A model generated the notes under the pieces. It ran no database searches and was not told the DNA's origin. It saw only the letters and a program-made list of their open reading frames with translations. A stretch of DNA of 64,000 bases from Candidatus Hydrogenedentota bacterium (lineage in GTDB: Bacteria > Hydrogenedentota > Hydrogenedentia > Hydrogenedentales > SLHB01). Position 1 is the stretch's first letter; each line of letters opens with the position of its first letter. Positions 10,190-19,692 of the stretch are shown one piece after another. The DNA lies in the NCBI GenBank assembly GCA_963745075.1, contig CAVUWV010000031.1, forward strand, positions 64,001 through 128,000, given 5' to 3'. Both the position numbers and the translations under genes were made by a program.

Positions 10190-11197
10190 CTACGGTTCAT
10201 CCACCGAGTCGGTGTTATCCACGCCCTGAGTCCCGAAAACATTCAGGAATGGTGATTGAGTCGCCCCATGATTTTGCATATAGGGTGTGGGGTTGGACGA
10301 CGACGAGTGGGTCACTGAGAACGAATAGGAACGGGGGTAGGGGTAATAGCGGTGGTGGTACCCGTACGGGTAGTAACGGCCATACAAAGGCCACCGCCAA
10401 TACTCGTTGTTCAGATATAGGTTCTGATTCCGGAGATACTGTTCCTGCGCTTGCAGATTGTACAAGTAATCCTCCCGCGCTTGGGCTTTGGCTTGGGCCG
10501 CAACCACTTGTTGTTGCCGAAGCGCTTCCGCCTGGCGGCGTGCCTGTTCTTCCAGCAATTGGCGGCGTTCTTCCGCTCGGCGCAATCGTTCCTGGTTCAC
10601 GCGGGCTTGCAGTTCATAGTTGGGTGTCTCGTTTCCTTTCATGCGCAGCGTCGTCGATCCGTCGTCGGAGATGACGATCTCGCGGTAGCCTTCGGCATCG
10701 GACTGCAGCACGTAGGACCGGTCCACCGAAGTCGTTTCGGACAGCGAGTTTCCCCAGATTCCCAGCTTGTTCGTCTGCGCCTGGTCCTGCAACGCGGCAT
10801 AGTCCGCCTGTTCCGGGGCACGGACTTTGTCCCATTCGACAAGACCGTATTGCAAGAGAACGGCGGCCGGATCGGTGCCGTCCTCCAATTCCACCGTCAC
10901 GTAGTTCATCCCCCGGCTCTCACGGACCACGTGGATGTAAACGGGCTGATTGAGAACCAATTCTTGCAGAAACTGTTTGGCGACATCGCCTTCGGGCGTA
11001 TCAAGCTTCGGGGCTTTGACTCCGTATAGCACGGCAAGCTGGGACTCCTCGCCCCGGACCAATTTCATGCTGTGCCCGCCGAGGACCGATGCGACGGTCC
11101 ATGGTTCAGCCGCGACTGCAACGTGGGAAAGGAATGCCAGACCCAGGAATAGGGCGAAGTGCGTTGCGAGGTTCCGACGCCAAGACAGCTTTCTCAT
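10190..11197 (-). CDS. Secreted SNase/thermonuclease-fold protein, degenerate active site, coiled coil and Tyr-rich tail
   Basis: LYGVKAP...G..AKQFL..L...A...KLGIWG fold pattern; signal peptide. Confidence 0.7.
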   Translation of the reverse strand: MRKLSWRRNLATHFALFLGLAFLSHVAVAAEPWTVASVLGGHSMKLVRGEESQLAVLYGVKAPKLDTPEGDVAKQFLQELVLNQPVYIHVVRESRGMNYVTVELEDGTDPAAVLLQYGLVEWDKVRAPEQADYAALQDQAQTNKLGIWGNSLSETTSVDRSYVLQSDAEGYREIVISDDGSTTLRMKGNETPNYELQARVNQERLRRAEERRQLLEEQARRQAEALRQQQVVAAQAKAQAREDYLYNLQAQEQYLRNQNLYLNNEYWRWPLYGRYYPYGYHHRYYPYPRSYSFSVTHSSSSNPTPYMQNHGATQSPFLNVFGTQGVDNTDSVDEP

Positions 11198-11319
11198 GAG
11201 CCTTCTCCCCGGTCTCCCTTGCGGCGGCGGGAGTTCGAAGCGGGCGAATTGTCCTGTCAAAAGTCTAGTATGCTTTGTCCAGCATATCAATTAGACGAAA
11301 TCTTTGCCGATTTGTTCGT

Positions 11320-12690
11320 CTAGCGAACTTTCCACACGTGAATCACCGGCTTGGCGTCATCGGCAAATGGCTCCAGAACATAGAGTACGTCGCGTTCACG
11401 GTCATAGGCCACCGGGCCGACACGGTAGCGGCGTTGGACGCCGGTCCCGATCATTTCGGGCTCGACACCGGCCGGGTTGAGTAGCAGTTGACTGTCGATG
11501 CCGAGGCGCGCGTAGGGCTGGGGCTCCCACGGTTCCATGTCCCCCTTCGCGACGCGCGCCAGATCGTCGGGGTTGTAAAGGATCATCATGGCGGTCATGT
11601 GGGAACTCCACCAGCCGCGGTAGTCGTTGTGGCCGTCGCACCCGGTCAGGTCTTGCGGCGGGCAGGGTGAACCGTCGGCCTGCCGGCAGGTGGGAAAATC
11701 GTTCACGAAGGCGGTTTCGATGCAGGGCACGTCGGGTCCGGCCGGGTTCACCCACCCATACCAGTACTTGGCCCCGGTTCCTTTCGTGCCCGCGAAGAGG
11801 ACCGCCGTCTTACCGCTTGTTGTGGAAAGCCAGGCGCCGCCCTCCCATTCGTCAACGTGCTGGTAGCCTTGAAGTGAGCGATTGACCACGTCTTCGCTGT
11901 TCTGCGAACTCTGATACTGAAGCAACACCGTCGCTTCCAGATGGGTTCCTGCGGGCGATGGCGATCCGTTGTCCGCCCACGGTCGATAGGCAAAGAGGGC
12001 CGGCCCTTGTCCCGACCAGCCGCCGTCGCGGAACCGGCCGGTCGCAAGCAGTTGACCGCCGACGTTTGCGGCCGCCCATGCGGGAGGAATTGCGAAGAGA
12101 TAGTCGTTGACGCTGTACAGGGAGTAGTTGCCGATATACCAAGCTCCTTGGGGACTCGGCGCCGACAGGTTGGGATCGATCCACGCATGGGTGGGTCCCG
12201 TGGCATCTTCATGGAAGTGCTGACCCCAAGCGAGATGAATCTTGGGCCCCGTTTCCGGCGTGTCCAGGTACTCCATCCCGGTACGCGGGATTTCGGCGTA
12301 TTCGGTGAACATTCCGCGGGCGGCGTTCTGGAAGGGCTGGATGAATTGGGCTTGAGGCAGGGCCGCGGGGTCCTTGGACCGCAGCGGCGACGGGATGGCG
12401 ATCTCGGCGATCTGATTTCCGTCCGGCAGTTCGCCGTAGGGTAATCGCACGTGCCCCATCACGTAGAGCGAGCCCGGGTATCCGTCTGCGGCTCCGGAGG
12501 GATCGCCGTTGGGATTGCATGTCATCGCGCCGCCGCCATAGGCAAACGTCTGAGGCCGCTCATCGCCGCCGGGTAATCTGAAGGCACCGAGATAGGTGAA
12601 GTCGTCGGGTTGGACGAGCGTGGTTTGGGCGGAAACGGCGGCCGCAAGGAGTAGTACGGCAGCCGCGAAATAGACGTGGTTCACTCGCAT
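11320..12690 (-). CDS. Secreted hypothetical protein, probably beta-propeller
   Basis: Signal peptide ending AVSA; DFTYLGAFRLP N-terminus; long ORF. Confidence 0.65.
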   Translation of the reverse strand: MRVNHVYFAAAVLLLAAAVSAQTTLVQPDDFTYLGAFRLPGGDERPQTFAYGGGAMTCNPNGDPSGAADGYPGSLYVMGHVRLPYGELPDGNQIAEIAIPSPLRSKDPAALPQAQFIQPFQNAARGMFTEYAEIPRTGMEYLDTPETGPKIHLAWGQHFHEDATGPTHAWIDPNLSAPSPQGAWYIGNYSLYSVNDYLFAIPPAWAAANVGGQLLATGRFRDGGWSGQGPALFAYRPWADNGSPSPAGTHLEATVLLQYQSSQNSEDVVNRSLQGYQHVDEWEGGAWLSTTSGKTAVLFAGTKGTGAKYWYGWVNPAGPDVPCIETAFVNDFPTCRQADGSPCPPQDLTGCDGHNDYRGWWSSHMTAMMILYNPDDLARVAKGDMEPWEPQPYARLGIDSQLLLNPAGVEPEMIGTGVQRRYRVGPVAYDRERDVLYVLEPFADDAKPVIHVWKVR

Positions 12691-12859
12691 GGCGAAATCC
12701 CCCGGCGTGTCGCCTGAACGTGCATGCCCCCGCCTGCATCTGCCGTTAGCATAACATGAAAACGTCTTCATTGCTTGGAGTCTTCGACGATCGCGTCAAT
12801 CTGAGTCCGGCACCCCGGTTGGGGTATAATCCGGCTTCTCAGTCCTGGAGGGTAGGTAG

Positions 12860-13231
12860 ATGGTTTTACGCGTTGTCTCGATCATCATGTTCTTTTTGCT
12901 GCTGCTTTGCGTAGCGGTTCAGTACAATGACCCCGATGGGCCGGTGTGGATGGCGATTTACGGCTATGGGGCTGTCATTACCGCCATGGCGATCGGCCGG
13001 CGGTATACGGTCTTCGCGCTGGTAGGGTTTATCGGTTATCTGGCCGGGTTTATCTATTGGGTTCCCGGCGTGGTGGTCGACAATCCGTCCGACATTTTGA
13101 CGGACTTGCAGATGGGGCACCAGGGCGTGGAGGAAGCGCGCGAGGCCTTCGGGCTGCTGTTGACGGGGGTCTGGATGCTGGTGCTCGCGATTGTGTGGTA
13201 TCGCCACCGGTCGCGCACGCTCGTCGACTAA
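12860..13231 (+). CDS. TMEM220-family membrane protein
   Basis: VQYNDPD..VW.AIYG and EEARE.FGL motifs. Confidence 0.8.
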   Translation: MVLRVVSIIMFFLLLLCVAVQYNDPDGPVWMAIYGYGAVITAMAIGRRYTVFALVGFIGYLAGFIYWVPGVVVDNPSDILTDLQMGHQGVEEAREAFGLLLTGVWMLVLAIVWYRHRSRTLVD

Positions 13232-13278
13232 CGTCGCGACGGGCAACGTGCGGTTTTTTGGTACCGGGGAGCCGGATT

Positions 13279-14103
13279 ATGCAGCACGAAACGACGATAC
13301 GGCTCGGATTCTTCTTTGGCGTATTCGTATTGATGGCGTTGTGGGAGCTTGCGGCGCCACGCCGGAAACGGGTTATGGGGCGAGGAGTCCGATGGTTTTC
13401 GAATCTCGGGCTGGTCGTGCTGGATACGGTGCTGCTACGGTTAGTCTTCCCGTTGGTCGCGGTCGGAATGGCGCTGAAAGCACAAGAATGGGGCTGGGGG
13501 TTGTTCAACCGCATCGACGCGCCATCCTGGGTTGCGGTGCTGGTATCGTTCGCCGCACTCGACTTCGTCATTTACCTTCAACACGTTATGTTTCACGCGG
13601 TGCCGCTCTTCTGGCGGTTTCACATGGTGCATCACGCCGACCTCGATCTGGACGTGAGCAGCGGATTGCGGTTTCATCCCGTCGAGATTCTGCTATCCAT
13701 GGGAATCAAGATCGCGGTCGTCGCGGTATTGGGCCCGCCGGTGGTGGCGGTGCTAATCTTCGAAGTCGTACTGAACGCGACGTCCATGTTCAATCACAGC
13801 AACGTGCGCATGCCCGGTCTCGTGGACCGAGTTTTGCGCTGGTTCGTGGTAACGCCGGACATGCATCGCGTCCACCATTCTATCGAAGTACGCGAAACAA
13901 ACAGCAATTTCGGGTTCAATCTGCCGTGGTGGGATCGGCTGTGCGGGACCTATACGGACCAACCGGCTGCGGGACACGAGGGTATGATCATCGGGCTGAC
14001 CCAGTTTCGGGACGCCTCGCTCCAGTACTTTCACCGGCTCTTATTGCTGCCGTGGACCGGCCAAACCGGCGAGTACCCCGTCAACCGGCGCAAGCGCAGT
14101 TAA
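13279..14103 (+). CDS. Sterol desaturase / fatty acid hydroxylase family protein
   Basis: His boxes HVMFH, HMVHH, HRVHH; RFHP; NFG..L.WWDRL.GTY. Confidence 0.88.
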   Translation: MQHETTIRLGFFFGVFVLMALWELAAPRRKRVMGRGVRWFSNLGLVVLDTVLLRLVFPLVAVGMALKAQEWGWGLFNRIDAPSWVAVLVSFAALDFVIYLQHVMFHAVPLFWRFHMVHHADLDLDVSSGLRFHPVEILLSMGIKIAVVAVLGPPVVAVLIFEVVLNATSMFNHSNVRMPGLVDRVLRWFVVTPDMHRVHHSIEVRETNSNFGFNLPWWDRLCGTYTDQPAAGHEGMIIGLTQFRDASLQYFHRLLLLPWTGQTGEYPVNRRKRS

Positions 14104-14117
14104 TTTCCCAACGAAAT

Positions 14118-14555
14118 CTATGCGTTTTGCAGGAAGAAGCCAGATACCTCGCCGGAGGAATTGAAGACCACTTTGGCATTGAGCGTCGCTCGCTCAAACT
14201 TACACTCGACGTATACCGCGTCGAACCCCTGTTCGCGGGTGGTCCGAACCTTACCCCTGCTCTGAAATGGGCCGGCCTGTTGTGTTAACGCCGACCACGT
14301 GTCGCGCAGCTTGGATTCGGGCAGTGCGGATTTCATAGTTGTGTCAAATGTTCCCACGACGCCCGCAAACTCTGCTTTCGCAAGCATGTCTACAACGCCA
14401 GTTGCCTTAGTTTCGAGACTGGGACCCCCCGACGCGGAGTCCGCGGTTCCCGTGTTCACCGCCTGGCTGGAATCGGCGGTTTGGTTGCAGCCGCAGATTA
14501 GAATCGCGGTGACGGCGACCGCGGCGATCATTGCAGTTTGCAGTGTGTGTTGCAT
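14118..14555 (-). CDS. DUF3887-type lipoprotein
   Basis: Lipobox ICGC; FD.TMK.ALP..KL..TW...G.F...FE......VFN..G.VSGFF pattern. Confidence 0.65.
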   Translation of the reverse strand: MQHTLQTAMIAAVAVTAILICGCNQTADSSQAVNTGTADSASGGPSLETKATGVVDMLAKAEFAGVVGTFDTTMKSALPESKLRDTWSALTQQAGPFQSRGKVRTTREQGFDAVYVECKFERATLNAKVVFNSSGEVSGFFLQNA

Positions 14556-14663
14556 GACAGGATCCCCCAATGGTTCGATTCGCGTTGTTACGATTCAACA
14601 TAAACCATGCTTCGTGTGAATCGGAGATTCCAATGAACGGACGTTCACAGGCACTCCGGTTCA

Positions 14664-15344
14664 CTACGCACCGGCATGGTACACGACCCCAAACACTATC
14701 TTTGATATGACTTCTGCGGCGACCAGCAAAACGATGAATACGCCAATCGCTTTGCCGCCCGACACGTTGCAGGAAACGGCGAAGGCGCGGTACATGAGCG
14801 CGACCATCCATACGATCATGACCAACATTGTCAAGACTGCGACTCCAAGGAGAACCAGGTCAAATGGCGCGATGGAGCCGAAGAGATCGGAAGGCATCAC
14901 GTTTCGACCGGCAGCCGCATTTGCTTGCATCGTCATCGTCGCCTGGATGAGCTGTTGGCTCGCCCGTTGGACCGGCGGAGGCCACACCAAAATCGCCGTG
15001 ATCAGAGCCGGAAAACGGGCGAGTGCCTGCGTACCGAACACGTCAACGATGCGAATCCGGCTCCTCGACAACAGCATTCCGCCCAAGAGAAGCAGGACGC
15101 TCACGATAATCCAGTCAATTGGACCTTCGATCCAGTAGATCCACACCGGGGTGAACGTACCGGTATGGAAGTCCAACACGCCGTCAAAGTGACTTCCTGT
15201 AGCCCAATTGACGCAGCCGGCGGCCAGGATTGCAGCGAGCCCGACACCTAGGGCCGGGGCTCCGGCAATGTAGTGAAATGGGTTAAAGACCCAGGTCGCC
15301 CATCCGCCAGATGACTCACTTTCCCCAGACGTTGTGTCGTTCAT
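14664..15344 (-). CDS. Multi-pass membrane protein (Yip1-like)
   Basis: About 5 hydrophobic helices; FNPF..IAG and HFDGVLD.H; overlaps the DUF2089 stop. Confidence 0.65.
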   Translation of the reverse strand: MNDTTSGESESSGGWATWVFNPFHYIAGAPALGVGLAAILAAGCVNWATGSHFDGVLDFHTGTFTPVWIYWIEGPIDWIIVSVLLLLGGMLLSRSRIRIVDVFGTQALARFPALITAILVWPPPVQRASQQLIQATMTMQANAAAGRNVMPSDLFGSIAPFDLVLLGVAVLTMLVMIVWMVALMYRAFAVSCNVSGGKAIGVFIVLLVAAEVISKIVFGVVYHAGA

Positions 15345-15652
15345 TTCTCACTCTCCGTCTTCGGCTCTTGGGTTTCCCGAAGCGCACGAACCTTTGCCCG
15401 TAGTGCGTCCAGGCGGTTTCGGACCGTTGGATACGAGACGCGATATCGCTGTGCCAACCCTTTGAGGCTACCGCTCTCTTCCAGCAGCAGTAGCAGGAAC
15501 TCCTGTTCATCTGGCGCCAACTGCGCGAGAACCGGCAATGGAAATTCGCCTTCAACGGCGGTATTGCACGCACCGCATGCGAATCGCTGTACCTTCAGGG
15601 ACGCGCCGCAACTCGGGCATAGCCTTGGCAATAATCGGTCATCTGCTGGCAT
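15341..15652 (-). CDS. DUF2089-family zinc-ribbon/HTH regulator
   Basis: CPSCG...C..C.T.VEGEF; GSLK.LA....VSYPTVRNRLD. Confidence 0.85.
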   Translation of the reverse strand: MPADDRLLPRLCPSCGASLKVQRFACGACNTAVEGEFPLPVLAQLAPDEQEFLLLLLEESGSLKGLAQRYRVSYPTVRNRLDALRAKVRALRETQEPKTESEK

Positions 15653-15686
15653 TGATTACCTTTCAGTCCTTAAGTTGTCCATTCGA

Positions 15687-15715
15687 TTTATACATCATTT
15701 CATATCGAATGTCAA
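15687..15715 (-). promoter_or_regulatory. Sigma-70 promoter of the DUF2089 operon
   Basis: TTGACA-N17-TATAAA on the minus strand, with an AT-rich upstream region. Confidence 0.7.
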
Positions 15716-15815
15716 ATCTATATTGAATAATATTTATTCTATAGTAAATAAATCGTAATTATAAGTAAATAAATATTCGAAAAAACGGGTGTATTTCAGT
15801 CAAGGCGGGGCTGGG

Positions 15816-15849
15816 AAAAGAGCGCGCCCACCCCGGAGGGTGGGCGCGC
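15816..15849 (-). terminator. Rho-independent terminator
   Basis: 12-bp stem GCGCGCCCACCC/GGGTGGGCGCGC, 4-nt loop, followed by TCTTTT on the minus strand. Confidence 0.7.
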
Positions 15850-15878
15850 AGAGCGATCCTCAAACTGCGGAAGCGCGT

Positions 15879-17471
15879 TTAGAAGCAAATTCTCGTTTCG
15901 AACGTGATGAATTCGCCACTGTCTTTATCCGACCCGCCGGCAAAGACGAGGCCGTTGTTCGCGAAGAAGCTACCGTCCTGGATGGCATCACCCGGGAACA
16001 GGTGGGACCAGTGCGCCATGAACATCAGGTCTTCGCTGTAGTGATAGGTCAGCACGAGGTCTGAAACGTAACCGATTTCGTCATCGGCCTCTTGAGTCCA
16101 AAAGGACAGGGCCGGCGCGAGGGGAACGCGCCATCCCCCGAGATTCGCGTAGGCTGGCAAGTCAAAGGGCTCGTCCACGAGAAAGTATCCGACGCTCGCA
16201 AACAGGTCCAGGGACTCGGTCGGGTGCGCGATGGCGCCTACCATAAAGACGTGCCCGTTGGAGAAGTCGTTTTGCAGGTCGAAGAACCCGTTATACATGT
16301 GGTTGGAGAAGAGGCGGTTGAAGCTGACGCTCGCCTCCGGGCGGTCGAACGGGTTCAACCATTCCCCGAAGGAGAGGTCGCGATTGTCTTCGCCCTGATA
16401 GTAGGCGTATTTGGCGAAGATACGCGGCTGCCACATGATGTCGAACGAGTATCCCACTTCCGCGGTGGCCCCCCAGGCGTCGAATTCGGCTCCGTCATCG
16501 CCGTACAGGAACGGTTTGAAGGAGAAGCCTTCGCGATCGGCATCGCCGAACTGGTACGCGGCTTCAACGTCAAAATCGAGCGCGCCCACTGCGCCGGCGG
16601 CACGCAAGCCGACCGTGTGCAGGTTGGTGGCGTCGTAATCGTCGACGTTGACAAGTTCTTCGAGCCATTCGATGGGTGCGATGAAGTTGGTGTCGTTCAA
16701 GCTGCGTGCGTCACGCAACCACATCCAGTACGCGTCGAAGGTGATGTTTTCGAGTGCGGTGCAACTGGCGTAGACGCCGTAGAACCAGACGTCGCCGTCT
16801 TGCTCGTTGATCCCGCCTTCGAACAACTGGGTGGCCCACGCGTCGACGCGGTAAGTATCGCCGGGCAAGGTCAGGCGCAGACCGTCGAACGAACGGCCGC
16901 GATAGAAGGGACCGAAATCCTTCGGGCCAACAAGCCACTGGCTGCCAAAAGCGAGTTCCTGACGGCCGATGCGCATTTGCAGCGGAGTGCCCCACATATT
17001 CTGGGCTTCGATATACGCTTGGTAGACCTCGACATCGTCGCTGGTGACGGCGCGCGAATCCGCACCGGTGACGTAGTCGGAACGGAAATCCTCGCCCCAG
17101 AAGTCGTAGCTTTCCAACTCGATGAACGCGGAGACGTCATTGGTGAAGTCGGCTTTGACGTTAAGGCGGGTGCGTTGTTCCGTCAGCCACAAGTCGTTCG
17201 TCTTGTTGTCGAACGCGTATGGGCTCACGAGACCAAGCCCGTTATAGGCCGGCGCCCCGGAGACGAATTCGCCGATCGCCCGGCGCGGCACGAAATAGTT
17301 TGGAACGCGGACTTCGAACGGCCCGGGCTGAACGGCCCAATTAATAATCCAGTCGGTTTTGATGCGCAGCTCTCCGCCGACCTGGACGTTCTCCAGTTCC
17401 GCCATAGCGCTGAATGAACCTGCCACGAGACACGCGGCAATCAGAATAGTACACAGTCGAGACATGGTCAT
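15879..17471 (-). CDS. Alginate-export-family outer-membrane beta-barrel
   Basis: Signal peptide; VEVYQAYI...RIGRQEL.FG...FDG.R; C-terminal Phe. Confidence 0.8.
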   Translation of the reverse strand: MTMSRLCTILIAACLVAGSFSAMAELENVQVGGELRIKTDWIINWAVQPGPFEVRVPNYFVPRRAIGEFVSGAPAYNGLGLVSPYAFDNKTNDLWLTEQRTRLNVKADFTNDVSAFIELESYDFWGEDFRSDYVTGADSRAVTSDDVEVYQAYIEAQNMWGTPLQMRIGRQELAFGSQWLVGPKDFGPFYRGRSFDGLRLTLPGDTYRVDAWATQLFEGGINEQDGDVWFYGVYASCTALENITFDAYWMWLRDARSLNDTNFIAPIEWLEELVNVDDYDATNLHTVGLRAAGAVGALDFDVEAAYQFGDADREGFSFKPFLYGDDGAEFDAWGATAEVGYSFDIMWQPRIFAKYAYYQGEDNRDLSFGEWLNPFDRPEASVSFNRLFSNHMYNGFFDLQNDFSNGHVFMVGAIAHPTESLDLFASVGYFLVDEPFDLPAYANLGGWRVPLAPALSFWTQEADDEIGYVSDLVLTYHYSEDLMFMAHWSHLFPGDAIQDGSFFANNGLVFAGGSDKDSGEFITFETRICF

Positions 17472-17661
17472 TTCCCCCTTCATTGCGACTGCTCCCCCAA
17501 CGCCCTGTATCCCCCACAGGCGCGCTATGGGCATATGGTACGTGTCCGGGTCCCATTAGTCAACCGGCAAACCGTGGGGCTACCGGCCGCCGGACGTGTC
17601 CCAACCCTCTCTCAGGGTATCATCATGCGCGGTACCCCCGAGATCGTGTAGCCTTCCCGCA

Positions 17662-19390
17662 ATGGAAACGCCTCGCAACCAGGACCTGCGTGCGGTGAGA
17701 CGGCCAGGGGCCGGGGGCATTGCCCCGTCGCTGCTACTGAATCTCGCGCAAATCCCGGCATTCGCCGGCACGGTGGTCCTGTACAATCTCATTTGCGTGC
17801 AGAGCAATCTCCTTTGGCTCTACATCGCGATCTTGATTGTTGCGAGCAGGTGGTTTTTCCCCGCGGTGTGTGTGTGGGCGTTCGTCGTTACCGCCGCAGC
17901 ACCCTGGATTGCCGGCGAAATGCAGGTCACGTTGCTGGGCGGGCAACTCCTTATCGTGCTTGGACTATTGGCCTCGGGACGTCTCGGTTGCCCGCGGTCC
18001 CCACGGTCGGCTCCGCGGCGCGCTGCTGCGTTGGACCGGACGCAGCATTCGTAACGCGTTTCTCGTGGTGGCGGGGCTGCTTCTGCTTTGGTTGGCGTTC
18101 TTTCGTTCCGCGCCGGTCGTCCTTCCGATTGCCTGGGCGGGAACTTTGCTGGCTTTTGTCTGGAAGGCTCCATGGCCACGGGCGCGCCATTCGTCGAGTT
18201 GGCGGCAAACGGCCGCGAATGTTGCACTGCTCGTGATGACGTTGCTGGTGTGCCTTGCCGGTCTGGAATTTGCCGCCCGGCGATTGTATCCCCCGCCCCC
18301 GATCAAACAGTCGGCCCGGGCGGGTTTTGAAACGCATCCGCAGGCTCTTTGGACGCTCCGGCCGGGCCGCAGCGACACGTACACGACCATGCCGAAAGAA
18401 GGCAAGCCGAAGGAATTCGAGGTGACCGTCTCTTCCCAGGGACTGCGGGAACGGGAACTGGGCCCCAAGGGCGCGGACGAATTCCGCATTGTGGCGTTGG
18501 GAGACTCGTTGACTATGGGGTGGGGCGTCTCCCACGACCAAGCCTATCCCTATCAATTGGAGGAACTGCTCAACACGCGGATCCCCTCGAAACACATCAC
18601 GGTGATCAACGCCGGCGTGGCGGGGTATGGCCCTTGGCAGGAACGGATCTTCTTGGACGAGCGGTGCATGACGCTGGAGCCGGACCTGGTAATTTTGCAG
18701 GTCTATCCCGAGAACGACGTGCAAAACACGCTGAATCGCACGGGCGACTATCTGGAGTCGTACAACCGGAGCTGGGAAGAGATGGTGTTGTACTGGCGCT
18801 ATGAGGCCGACTGGCGCATGCAGGCGGATTGGTGGCTGTTAACGAATTGCCGCCTTTACTCCCAGTTCCGGATCGCTACCGGCGCGCAGTGGGACATGAC
18901 GCAGGTCCTGCGCGATGTGCGCTGGCTCCCGCCGTTGCGTATCCCAAAACTGCCGCCGAAAGCGCCGCGCCCCTTCGCGCTGGAGATGATGCTGGACCAG
19001 TGGTACCCGCAGCTCACCACTAGCTGGAATCTCATGAAGACCGACATCCGCGGGATTCGCGACGAGTGCATGGCCCGAAAGATCGGTTTCTTCGCGTTTT
19101 GCCTACCTTCATGGACCGAGTTGCCGGACACGATGTGGACGGACACCGTCAGTGAGGCGCAAGGGCACCCGGCCTACGAGCGGTTCAAGGATGTTCGCGT
19201 GTGTGAATCGTTTTTCGAGGAAGCGTCTATTCCCTATACGAACGTTACCGCGTGGATTAAGGAGCATGGACCACCGGATCGACTCTATATGATGGACGGC
19301 CACTTCAACCCCGAAGGCAATCGCGTCCTCGCCGAGCGTCTGGCAAACGTCCTGACGAGGAAAGTGTTGCCGGAATATGGGTTGCCGTGA
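17662..19390 (+). CDS. Membrane-anchored SGNH/GDSL hydrolase, frameshifted near 17980
   Basis: TM-rich N-terminus split over two frames; ALGDSLT.G, INAGVAGYG, ND, DGHFN motifs. Confidence 0.75.
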
Positions 19391-19692
19391 GAGTCCTCGA
19401 CGGGCGCCCTATCGAGTACTTGCCTCCCCCCCGATCCGCTTGATATAACAACCCTTGCGCCGGCTGCGGAGTCCGGGCGCGTGCCCGAGGAGACGGGAGC
19501 CACATCAAATCGGGAAAGGGTTGCGGCGAGCCAGTAGGGTCGGTCTGTGCAATCAAGGTCTTCAGTTACGGCAGGCAAAACAGGCGCGTTGGATCTTTGG
19601 GCTTGGCATCGTCGATGGGAATGAAGAATTAACGCGGCTGGAAGCCGCGTCTACTTGGGGTTTGATCATCTACACGCACAAAGGAGTCCCGC

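Noticed and set aside
16092..17417. Long antisense ORFs (also 21076-22047, 25030-26241, 59305-60501)
   Set aside because: Shadow frames opposite well-supported genes in GC-rich DNA.
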